A stretch of 64,000 nucleotides of DNA, taken from positions 557 to 64,556 of the forward strand of contig JAAWGB010000003.1 in NCBI GenBank assembly GCA_022795075.1, given 5' to 3'. Both the position numbers and the translations under genes were made by a program. Every line of letters begins with the position of its first letter. The stretch's first letter is position 1. The notes under the pieces were generated by a model. The model worked only from the letters and a program-made list of their open reading frames with translations, was not told where the DNA came from and made no database searches. The stretch is from Clostridia bacterium (lineage in GTDB: Bacteria; Bacillota; Clostridia; TANB77; CAG-508). Shown piece by piece: positions 48,664 through 57,667 of the stretch.

Positions 48664-49290
48664 ATGAAAATGGAATTTTTCGATAAATTAGGGAAAAAAG
48701 CCTCAGAAGCATATAAAGTAACAGCAGACAAAACAGGAAAAATTGCAAAAGAAACCAAACTAAAATTCAAAATTGGAGAATTAAAAACACAAATTAATAG
48801 CATATACGAAGAAATTGGAAAAAAAGTATATGAAAAACATGTAAGAGAAGAAATTTGTATAAAAAAAGATTTAGAAGAACAATGTACGAAAATAGATGTT
48901 TTAAGTGATGAAATAGACAGTTTGTTAAAGGAATGTTTAGAATTAAAAGATAAAAAGCAATGTCAGAAATGTTATAAAGAAATCGAAAAAGATGACAAGT
49001 TCTGTCCAAATTGTGGAGAAAAACAAACAGAAGAGCTGGCAAAAGAAGTAGAAGTGTTAGAAAAATTAGAACATACACAAGTAAGTAACGAAAAGCAAAA
49101 CGAAAAACAGGTTGTAGAAGAGGAATTGCAACAAAGTGTACAAAGAAAAGAAAACCAAGAAGATGATGAACAAAAATCTAATTTAGAAAAAACAGTAGAA
49201 GTAGAAGCAAATGTAAAATTAGAAGAACAAACTGGAGAAGAACTAGAAGAACAAATGAAAGAAGAAATTGAAGAAGATGATGAAGAATAA
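48664..49290 (+). CDS. zinc-ribbon domain protein with acidic C-terminal tail
   Basis: CQKC...CPNCG zinc ribbon. ATG 48664 follows the AAAGGAGAG RBS (the ORF opens at 48634). Confidence 0.55.
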   Translation: MKMEFFDKLGKKASEAYKVTADKTGKIAKETKLKFKIGELKTQINSIYEEIGKKVYEKHVREEICIKKDLEEQCTKIDVLSDEIDSLLKECLELKDKKQCQKCYKEIEKDDKFCPNCGEKQTEELAKEVEVLEKLEHTQVSNEKQNEKQVVEEELQQSVQRKENQEDDEQKSNLEKTVEVEANVKLEEQTGEELEEQMKEEIEEDDEE

Positions 49291-49343
49291 AGATAACCAA
49301 GAAGGGAGTTTGTGCTGACTTTTTTAGTCAGCTAAATAATACC

Positions 49344-49781
49344 ATGAAAATAGTCGTACAAAGAGTAAAAAATGCACAAGTCGAAGTAGATGACAAAATA
49401 GTAGGAAAAATTGGAAAAGGTTTTTTAGTATTATTAGGGGTAACTCATAATGATACCAAAGAACAAGCCGATTATTTAGTAAAAAAACTATGTAAATTGA
49501 GAGTATTTACCGATGAAAACGATAAAATGAATTTAGGATTAAAAGATATGAATGGAGAGCTACTAATCGTTTCCCAGTTTACACTATATGCTGATTGTTC
49601 ACAAGGTAATCGACCATCTTTCATAGAAGCAGCAAAGCCTATACAAGCAAATGAATTGTATGAATATTTTTGCTTAGAATGTGAGAAAAATGATATCCAT
49701 GTTGAAAGGGGGATATTTGGAGCAGATATGAAAGTAAGTCTTGTAAATGATGGTCCAGTTACTATCATTATGGAGAAGTAA
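49344..49781 (+). CDS. dtd: D-aminoacyl-tRNA deacylase
   Basis: MKIVVQRV..., [23 protein letters not shown]. Confidence 0.9.
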   Translation: MKIVVQRVKNAQVEVDDKIVGKIGKGFLVLLGVTHNDTKEQADYLVKKLCKLRVFTDENDKMNLGLKDMNGELLIVSQFTLYADCSQGNRPSFIEAAKPIQANELYEYFCLECEKNDIHVERGIFGADMKVSLVNDGPVTIIMEK

Positions 49782-49786
49782 TGTTT

Positions 49787-49857
49787 TTAGGACGGAAGTC
49801 AAAAAATTATGCTTGAGTAGCAGTTTAAACATAATTTTTTTGGATTTCCGTCTTAAA
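49787..49857. terminator. long imperfect hairpin between convergent genes (bidirectional terminator candidate)
   Basis: TTAGGACGGAAGTCAAAAAATTATG pairs with CATAATTTTTTTGGATTTCCGTCTTAA. Confidence 0.55.
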
Positions 49858-49860
49858 ACA

Positions 49861-50142
49861 TCAATAAGGAAAACGTTCATATAAATACTTAATAATATCA
49901 TCTGCATTTTCATCAGTAATATGAACAAAAACGTTTTTATCTAAGCTAATCCACATATTAATATCATAAGTTTCAGAATTATCAATAAAAGTACCAACAA
50001 TTTCTGCCAATTCTACAGGATTAGCATATTTTTTTTCCCAACTTAAATCATTTTCTATATCAAAATGTGTGTTATAGAAATGACTTAAAAATTTATTTAA
50101 TTCACCTTTTTTTTGACTATATAAATTTACTGTAACTAACAT
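49861..50142 (-). CDS. hypothetical small protein (the only minus-strand gene)
   Basis: 93-aa ORF with an RBS-like GGAG upstream on the minus strand. Non-repetitive composition. No family recognised. Confidence 0.45.
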   Translation of the reverse strand: MLVTVNLYSQKKGELNKFLSHFYNTHFDIENDLSWEKKYANPVELAEIVGTFIDNSETYDINMWISLDKNVFVHITDENADDIIKYLYERFPY

Positions 50143-50337
50143 AAAATCTCCTAAAAAATTTTCTTAAAATAGAACAAAATGATTATGAACTTTTATTAAA
50201 AAGTAATATTAAATGTTAAAATTTAAATTTAACACCATTAATTTTAGTATAAAAAAATACAATAAAATTTATACATAGAATAAAGTAAAACAAAAATGCA
50301 AATACTAGAAAAAATAGAAATTTAGAGGAGGTTCAAT

Positions 50338-51288
50338 TTGAAAAATATAAAAAGAATTGCTTATGTTATAGTCATTGTAATTTTGTTCATACTATCACTT
50401 ACCATTTATACAAACGCTAACAAAAATGATGAGAAAGACCAAAAACAAAAAACATTTTCACAGATTAAGTATATGGAGGGGAAAATTGCCAATTTATTTA
50501 ATAGTATGAACAATATAGAATCTAGAAATTATAGTGTTGTAACAAGTGAAATGTCAAAAGCAACTACGCAAAAATCAAATAGTGAAGATAGTTCATCAAG
50601 CGAAAAGTCAAAACAAGGAGGACAATCATCTTCTAGTGGAGAAGAAGGAGGAGGTAGTAGTTCTTCTCAAGGGCAAACAAATACTGGAGATACAAGCGAA
50701 AATGCAAGTGAGGAAGAAAAGCAAAATAATAAAAAATTTGAATTAAAAGCTACCAATGTTTTAACTAAAACAGAAGATATAAATTGGGATATAGTAAAAA
50801 GTGAAGTAGAAAACTTATATACATCTTTACCAAGTATTACAATGGATTTATATCAATTTAATATTAATCAAGAAGATATTTTAGGATTTAATACTGAATA
50901 TGATAAATTAACAAGAGTAGTAAAAGATGAAAAAAAAGAAGAAACTTTGGCGGAATTAACAAAAGTGTATGAATATTTTCCAAAGTTCTTAAGAGGTTCA
51001 GGTCAAGAATTATTGTATACAACTTTAATTGAAACAAAATGGAATGTATTTAAAGCTTATTCTAAATTAGATTCAGAAAATTGGCAAGAAATAACAAATG
51101 ATATAAAAAGTGCAATTGATACCTATTCAAAATTATTGACCAATACAGAAATTGATTCAAAAAAGCAATATACTATAAGTAAAGGTTATATTATGTTAAA
51201 TGAATTGCAAAATGCAGTAGGATTAAATGACACCACTGTGTTTTTGATAAAATACAAAAATTTATTAGAAGAAATGAATAACCTATAA
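50338..51288 (+). CDS. hypothetical membrane-anchored/secreted protein with S/G/E-rich linker
   Basis: TTG start after a GAGGAGG RBS. N-terminal TM/signal anchor (IAYVIVIVILFILSLTIY). Confidence 0.5.
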   Translation: MKNIKRIAYVIVIVILFILSLTIYTNANKNDEKDQKQKTFSQIKYMEGKIANLFNSMNNIESRNYSVVTSEMSKATTQKSNSEDSSSSEKSKQGGQSSSSGEEGGGSSSSQGQTNTGDTSENASEEEKQNNKKFELKATNVLTKTEDINWDIVKSEVENLYTSLPSITMDLYQFNINQEDILGFNTEYDKLTRVVKDEKKEETLAELTKVYEYFPKFLRGSGQELLYTTLIETKWNVFKAYSKLDSENWQEITNDIKSAIDTYSKLLTNTEIDSKKQYTISKGYIMLNELQNAVGLNDTTVFLIKYKNLLEEMNNL

Positions 51289-51500
51289 GAAATGTAAAAA
51301 CTGTATACCATAAAATAAGTCTAAAGGTATGATGAAATACTTTTTAGTCTTATTTTTTTGATAAAATCATACAAATATTATGTAAAAAATAAAGCAAAAA
51401 ATTTGATTTTATGCCTATATATGATATAATAAAAACAAATTAAAATACAAGCAAAAGTATAAAAGAAATACCATACTAAAACTAGTAAAGGAGAAAAATC

Positions 51501-52286
51501 ATGAAAAATTTAACCAAAAAGCAAAAAGTAATCTTAATTGCAATAGTTGTAATAATTTTTTGTATAGGATTGCTAGTAGGAACTTTTTTAGGAATATTCA
51601 TTGAAGAAAATACAAAACAGGCTAAAACAACATCCAATACCCAAATAGTAGAAGACAAAGAAGAAAATAATGTTCTTGAAAATAGTATAAAAGACGATTC
51701 TAATAATCAAAATGAAATTAGTAGCCAAGAACTACCCAAAGTCAAAAAACAATTAAGTGAAAAAGAAATGGAAGAATTAAAAATAAAGATAGAGAAAGAT
51801 GAAGCAGATTATGGAAATAATTATCTAAAATTTAGAGATTCTGGGTATGCAAGCATCTACCAAAAAACACCTGATAAAATATACTATAAATCAGGAAAAG
51901 AAAATGGATTTTACAAATACGAAACAAACGATGAAAATTTTGAACATCTATTAGAAGTAATAGAAGATAGAATGAGTTATACAGTAATGGAAGATTATAA
52001 TTTATATGCCTTTACACCAGATTCCATCCAAACAATGTTAACTTCAAAAGATAACTATATTATCTTCGATTATGATAATGGAGCGTTAAATAAGCAAGAT
52101 GCAAATTTTCAAAAAGATATCATATTTAGATTTTCAGAAAATACAAGACTATATCGATTAGTTACTTATTTATCTCAAAACAAAGAATTAATTTCAAAAG
52201 AAGAAATAGGAAAAAAAGAATTTGCTACAGACACAAGTTTAAGTGGATATAAATATATGATGTATGACGACTATAATTCTCCTTAA
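51501..52286 (+). CDS. hypothetical membrane-anchored protein
   Basis: AAGGAG RBS and an N-terminal TM helix (VILIAIVVIIFCIGLLVGTFLGIFI). Confidence 0.5.
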   Translation: MKNLTKKQKVILIAIVVIIFCIGLLVGTFLGIFIEENTKQAKTTSNTQIVEDKEENNVLENSIKDDSNNQNEISSQELPKVKKQLSEKEMEELKIKIEKDEADYGNNYLKFRDSGYASIYQKTPDKIYYKSGKENGFYKYETNDENFEHLLEVIEDRMSYTVMEDYNLYAFTPDSIQTMLTSKDNYIIFDYDNGALNKQDANFQKDIIFRFSENTRLYRLVTYLSQNKELISKEEIGKKEFATDTSLSGYKYMMYDDYNSP

Positions 52287-52298
52287 GAAGAAGTCTAG

Positions 52299-52327
52299 TA
52301 GACTTTTTAAAGTTTATATGTTATAAT
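52299..52327 (+). promoter_or_regulatory. candidate promoter of rnpB
   Basis: TAGACT, 17-nt spacer, TATAAT, ending 6 nt before the predicted P1 5' end. Confidence 0.45.
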
Positions 52328-52332
52328 CAAAA

Positions 52333-52688
52333 ACAGAGTAAATTGAATAGTCGCTGGTAAATTTCCGAAAGGAATTACGAGAGGAAAGTCCGGGCTTCAT
52401 AGAGCAAAGATGCTAGATAACGTCTAGTGAGGGTAACCTTAAGGAAAGTGCAACAGAAAATAACCGCCTATACCATTTATAGGTAAGGGTGAAAAGGTAA
52501 GGTAAGAGCTTACCGCCACTATGGTGACATAGTGGGTCAGTGTAAACCCCATCTGAAGCAACACCTAAGTAGAAGATTAAGCCTGCTCGGCGCCTTCTGA
52601 CCTGCGTGGCTTGAGATATATAGCAATATATATCCTAGATAAATGGCTATTTTAAAAGACAGAACCCGGCTTACAGATTTACTCTGTT
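52333..52688 (+). ncRNA. rnpB: RNase P RNA, bacterial type A
   Basis: Universal GAGGAAAGTCCGGGC, AGTGCAACAGAAA, GGTAAGGGTGAAA and ACAGAACCCGGCTTA blocks. P1 pairing ACAGAGTAAAT / ATTTACTCTGT. Confidence 0.9.
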
Positions 52689-52693
52689 TATTT

Positions 52694-52722
52694 TTGACAA
52701 TTTTTAGAAATAAGTATATAAT
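52694..52722 (+). promoter_or_regulatory. consensus sigma-A promoter of the MFS gene
   Basis: TTGACA, 17-nt spacer, TATAAT. Confidence 0.6.
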
Positions 52723-52821
52723 TACCTAAGAGTAGACCTGTCCCAAAAAACACATCTAGGGGGAATTGGTGCCTGTCCCCAAACACACATCCCCAAACAC
52801 ACAAAAGAAGGAGAAAAGATA

Positions 52822-54081
52822 ATGGAAGAAAAAACAAAAGCAAGAAAACAAAATATGAAAATGTATTCTTTATATAGAGCAATATCATGTGATTTAGTAT
52901 TTTTTTATGCAATAGAATTTTTATTTTTGACACAAGTAAAAAATATAAGTGCTTCAGATATTGTTTTAAAAGGAGCTTTTTATTCTATTTTTATGATTAT
53001 TTTTCAAATTCCAGCTAGTATGATGGTTGATAAATTAGGAACTAGAAAATGTACAATTTTGGGAAATGTATTAAATGTTATCTATATAGTATTAATTATG
53101 GGTGCAGAAAATTTGGGAGTATTGATTTTTGCAGAGTTTATAAGTGCAATGTGTTTTTCTATAAAAGATATATCAGATAGAGCTTTAATTCAATATTCCA
53201 TTCCAAAAACGAAAAAACAAGGAGAAATATTTTCAAAATTAGAAGGAAAAGGTATTAAAAATTATTATTTATTAAATGCGATTACTTATGTTTGTTCAGG
53301 GATTTTATATGTTATTAATCCTTATATTCCTGTTATAGGAAGTGTATGTTTTGCCATACTTGCAACTGTCATGTCATTAGGTTTCCAAGAGATAGAAGAA
53401 AAAATTGAAAAACTAGAAATTAAAAAATATGGGACAGATTTATGGGAAGGAATAAAATTTATTTCAAAATCACAACGATTAAGAAGTTTATTTTTGTATG
53501 CTGGAATTAGTTGGGGAATTTTTTGTTTAATGGGAACTTATCGTTCCAGTTTGTTAGTAGATATTGGAACACCTGAGCAAATCATTACAATTATTGTAGC
53601 AATTGTCAGTATTGCAGCATCAATAGGTTCTAAGAGGCAATTACAATTTCATGAATATTTTAGAAATAAAGCTTTGTCAGCTGTCTTAATGATAACGACG
53701 ATATCTATTTTAGTGGCAGGATTAGTGGGAATGATTAATATTTCCTATAGTGTAAGTTTAGTATTGATAACAATTTGTTTTGTTATGATAGATTTTTCAA
53801 AAGGAGTTGGAGAAGTTTTAGCAAGTAGATATTTAGGGAATTTTGCTAATAAGAAAATTTTAACACAAATTTATGCAGCAAATGCCATAAGTAGAAATTT
53901 GTTTCGAGCAATTATTAGTTTTTTAGGTTCTTATTTATTAGGAATAACGAATACAGCTAATAGTATGATAATAATGGGAATTATTTTATTGATTACTACT
54001 TTAGGCTTAATTGCTTATATGAAAACAAGATTAGGTTTAAAACCACAAGAATATAGTAAAAATGAGATTTGGGGCAATTAA
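52822..54081 (+). CDS. MFS-type transporter
   Basis: About 12 TM helices. The loop motif MVDKLGTRK between TM2 and TM3 is MFS-like. Confidence 0.7.
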   Translation: MEEKTKARKQNMKMYSLYRAISCDLVFFYAIEFLFLTQVKNISASDIVLKGAFYSIFMIIFQIPASMMVDKLGTRKCTILGNVLNVIYIVLIMGAENLGVLIFAEFISAMCFSIKDISDRALIQYSIPKTKKQGEIFSKLEGKGIKNYYLLNAITYVCSGILYVINPYIPVIGSVCFAILATVMSLGFQEIEEKIEKLEIKKYGTDLWEGIKFISKSQRLRSLFLYAGISWGIFCLMGTYRSSLLVDIGTPEQIITIIVAIVSIAASIGSKRQLQFHEYFRNKALSAVLMITTISILVAGLVGMINISYSVSLVLITICFVMIDFSKGVGEVLASRYLGNFANKKILTQIYAANAISRNLFRAIISFLGSYLLGITNTANSMIIMGIILLITTLGLIAYMKTRLGLKPQEYSKNEIWGN

Positions 54082-54191
54082 GATATCTTTTGCTCCTTTT
54101 TATTTACTAAATTTTTCAAATTTTGTTGTTAAAATAAGGATTTTATGGTATAAGATAGAATAGAGTTTTTATAATAAATGGGGGCAAAACT

Positions 54192-55964
54192 ATGAGTGAT
54201 AAAATTACAGATTATATATCAGGGGTAGAATTACATGCAACACCAGAAGAAGTTGAGGCAACACAGGTATTTTCTAAAATATTAGTTGAAGATTACAAGT
54301 ATCCAAAAGAATATATTCAAACAAGACCACAATATCATGTTAAAGCAAGACCATCAGATAGAAAAAAAGAATATCCTGTTGATATAGCAGTTTTTAATTC
54401 TACAAATAAAAATGAAGATACAATTTATTTAATAGTTGAATGTAAAAAGAAGAACAGAAAAGATGGTAGAAATCAATTAGAAGATTATATGAGGTTTTCT
54501 AAAGCTAGATTAGGAGTATGGTTTAATGGTGATGAAAAATTAACCATTCAAAAGATAGAAAAAGATGGACGAGTTGAATTTGAAGAAATATCAGATATTC
54601 CATCATTTGGACAAAGAGTGGAAGATGTTGGAAAGTATTTGAGAAAAGATTTAGAAGCACCAACAAACTTAAAAACAATTTTTAAAGTAATGAGAAATTA
54701 TTTAGCTCCTAATGCAGTTGGAGTTACAAGAGATGAAAGTTTGGCTCAGCAATTGATTAATTTGATATTTTGCAAAATATATGATGAAAAATATACAAAA
54801 CCTGCCGATATGGTGAATTTTAGAAGTGGAGTAGGTGAATCTGTAGATGAAGTTAAAAATCGTATATTAAAAATATTTGAAGGAGTAAAAGAAAGATATC
54901 CAGATGTAATAGAAAGTGATGATAATATTGTTCTAGACTCGAATTCTATTTCTTATGTTGTTGGACAATTGCAAAGATATTGTTTGTTAGAGGCGTCTAG
55001 AGATGCAGTTGGAGATGCTTTTGAAGTTTTTATTGGTCATGCCTTAAAGGGAGCTCAGGGACAATTTTTTACTCCCAAAAATGTTGTAAAAATGATTGTA
55101 AACATGATGGATATACAACCTAATGAAAAAATAATAGATCCATTTTGCGGTTCAGGTGGTTTTTTAGTGGAAGCATTAAAAAATGTTTGGAATAAATCTG
55201 AAAAGAATAATAATGAACTTGGATGGCCTGAAAGAGAAATAGAGATAGAAAAACAAAAAATTGCTATAGAAAATTTTAGGGGAATCGATAAAGATGATTT
55301 TTTAAGTAAAGTTTGTAAAGCTCAAATGGCTATACTAGGAGATGGAAGAGGAGGAGTATTTTGCGAAAATTCTTTAGATATTCCAAGTAGATGGCAATCT
55401 AAGACACAAGATAAAATTGCATTAAATAAATTTGATGTTGTAATAACGAATCCTCCATATGGATCAAAGATAAAAATTGATGATAAGGATATACTTAAAC
55501 AATTTGATGTAGGTTTAAAGTGGAAGAAGGACAAAAAAACTGGACATTGGATGAAAGACAAAATGAAGGAAAATGATACTCCACAAAATTTAGCAATAGA
55601 AAGATGTATGCAGTTTTTAAAACCTGGAGGTAGGATGGCTTTGGTATTACCAGATGGAATTTATGGAAATGATAGTCTAGGATATATTAGAAGGTATTTA
55701 TTAGATAATGGTAGAGTTTTAGCTGTTATTGATTTACCGAAGGAAACATTTATGCCACATACTTCAACTAAAACTACAGTAATATTGATGCACAAGTATA
55801 AAGATGAGTTAGATAAAAAGAAAAATTATCCTGTATTTATGGCAGTATGTGAAACATGTGGACATGATAGAAGAGGAAATTTACTAGAAAATGAAGAAGA
55901 TGATATTTTGGCAGTATCTGAAAAATTTAAAGAATGGAGGATTAAGAATGGCGTTGAATTATAA
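54192..55964 (+). CDS. fused PD-(D/E)xK nuclease-like (HsdR N-terminal-like) + gamma-class N6-adenine DNA methyltransferase (BcgI-A-like)
   Basis: N-terminus YPVDIAVF...IYLIVECKKK is a nuclease-like core. MTase motifs GQFFTPKNVV, DPFCGSGGF (motif I) and NPPYG (motif IV). Confidence 0.7.
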   Translation: MSDKITDYISGVELHATPEEVEATQVFSKILVEDYKYPKEYIQTRPQYHVKARPSDRKKEYPVDIAVFNSTNKNEDTIYLIVECKKKNRKDGRNQLEDYMRFSKARLGVWFNGDEKLTIQKIEKDGRVEFEEISDIPSFGQRVEDVGKYLRKDLEAPTNLKTIFKVMRNYLAPNAVGVTRDESLAQQLINLIFCKIYDEKYTKPADMVNFRSGVGESVDEVKNRILKIFEGVKERYPDVIESDDNIVLDSNSISYVVGQLQRYCLLEASRDAVGDAFEVFIGHALKGAQGQFFTPKNVVKMIVNMMDIQPNEKIIDPFCGSGGFLVEALKNVWNKSEKNNNELGWPEREIEIEKQKIAIENFRGIDKDDFLSKVCKAQMAILGDGRGGVFCENSLDIPSRWQSKTQDKIALNKFDVVITNPPYGSKIKIDDKDILKQFDVGLKWKKDKKTGHWMKDKMKENDTPQNLAIERCMQFLKPGGRMALVLPDGIYGNDSLGYIRRYLLDNGRVLAVIDLPKETFMPHTSTKTTVILMHKYKDELDKKKNYPVFMAVCETCGHDRRGNLLENEEDDILAVSEKFKEWRIKNGVEL

Positions 55965-57348
55965 ATCTATAGATTATTCAAAAAATGATTTTTTAATGAG
56001 ACTTGATTCTAAATTTTATAATTTACAGGAATATTTAAACCATTCTTCTAATTTTTCGGAAATTGATTTTATTCCATTTGGAGAGTTTATAGATAATATT
56101 ACAGATGGTGAACATGCTGGTCAAACATTTGTTAAAGAAGGAGTTCTATTTTTAAAAAACTCAAGTATTAAGGATTTTGATATAAGCTTATATGATGGAT
56201 TTTATATTTCAGAAATTAAACATAAAAAATTACAAAGGTCAGCATTAAGAGGCGAAGATGTTCTTTTTACTACTATTGGACATTTGGGATCAGCAGCAAT
56301 TGTACCTGAAAACTTTGGTGAAGCAAATATGAATCAAAATTTTGTGAAAATATCTATAAATAAAACCAAAGTAAGTCCATATTATATAGTCGCATATTTG
56401 AATAGTAAGTTAGCAAGAAAACAAATAAGTTGTTTATTAACAGGTAATATACAATCAATATTAACTTATCCCAAAATCAAAAATATAAAAATAGGTATTC
56501 CAAAAGATGATAGTATACAAAAAGAGATTACAGAGAAATATAAAGATGCTATAAGATTATCTCAAGAAGCACGAAGAATAATAAAAGAGACTATAAACTA
56601 TTTAGATAAAGAGCTACAATTAATAGACAATGATGAAAATAGTGATAAAGTCTTTTCAATAAAACATGATTTATTGAATAATGAGTGTGGATTATGGACA
56701 CCAAAGTATTTTTGGCCCAAATATGTTGAAACTGAAAGTAATTTAATGAATAGAGTTCAATGTATTCCATTAGGTGAAATAGCGACTTTAAAAAAAGGTG
56801 ATGAACCAGGTAGCGATTTTTACATAGATTATTTAGATAAAATAGATACAGATGTACCTTTTATTAGAACGTCAGATATATATAATTATCAAATAGATTC
56901 CTCACCAGATAATTTTATTGATATTCATACATTTGAAGAGATGAATCAAGACATAAAAGAAGGGGATATATTATTTACCAAAGACGGAAAAATTGGTGAG
57001 ATAGCTTTCGTTACAAATTCGGATAAAGCAATATATTCTTCTGGGATTGATAGAATTAGAATCAATAAGATTGGAAAATCATTCGGTATAACTCCAGAAT
57101 ATTTATTTAATATTGTAGCTTGTAATAAAGTAGGAAAATATACTGCTGATAGATATACTGTGACAGCTGCAACAATTCCACATTTAAAAGAAGATTTTAT
57201 ACAAAAAATGAAGATTCCAATATTGGATGAAAATAAGATAAAAATAATTACAAAAAAAACCAAAGCAGCTTTTGAAATGATTGATAAAAAGAAAAATATT
57301 ATTTTAGAATGCCAAGATATAGTAAATAATATTTGTAAAGAAGATTAA
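55948..57348 (+). CDS. HsdS-like specificity subunit with two target-recognition domains
   Basis: Two TRD-like halves are separated by conserved helical spacers (IQKEITEKYKDAIRLSQEARRIIKE; KIKIITKKTKAAFEMIDKKKNII). ATG 55948 follows a GGAGG RBS and overlaps the MTase gene end. Confidence 0.7.
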   Translation: MALNYKSIDYSKNDFLMRLDSKFYNLQEYLNHSSNFSEIDFIPFGEFIDNITDGEHAGQTFVKEGVLFLKNSSIKDFDISLYDGFYISEIKHKKLQRSALRGEDVLFTTIGHLGSAAIVPENFGEANMNQNFVKISINKTKVSPYYIVAYLNSKLARKQISCLLTGNIQSILTYPKIKNIKIGIPKDDSIQKEITEKYKDAIRLSQEARRIIKETINYLDKELQLIDNDENSDKVFSIKHDLLNNECGLWTPKYFWPKYVETESNLMNRVQCIPLGEIATLKKGDEPGSDFYIDYLDKIDTDVPFIRTSDIYNYQIDSSPDNFIDIHTFEEMNQDIKEGDILFTKDGKIGEIAFVTNSDKAIYSSGIDRIRINKIGKSFGITPEYLFNIVACNKVGKYTADRYTVTAATIPHLKEDFIQKMKIPILDENKIKIITKKTKAAFEMIDKKKNIILECQDIVNNICKED

Positions 57349-57667
57349 TAAAAAGTATTATTTATATAGTGAAAGAGAGAGTAAACTTTATCTAAAAAAG
57401 AAGATATTTTTATTAAATTACATAAAAATGTTGCTTAAATTTAAGAACTAGAAGGTAACCTCAAAAACGAAGAAAGCACTTGCCAAAAAAAGGAGGAAAA
57501 AAAGAAGAATTCTAGTGTTTCTTTTGAAATTTTTCGAAAAAGAAGGCGGAAGTATAGACTTTTTCTTTTTTTTTCGGTATAATAGGATAGGAAAAAAATA
57601 TGAATAAAAAAGGGAGTAACAAAAGAGAGTAAGTAAGGAAATGTAGAATTTTGGAGGTTGCATCAAC

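Noticed and set aside
54192-57348. Annotation as a classical Type I RM system
   Set aside because: No HsdR translocase gene is adjacent, and the MTase carries its own nuclease-like N-terminal domain. A BcgI-like/Type IIB-like or orphan M+S system is more consistent.
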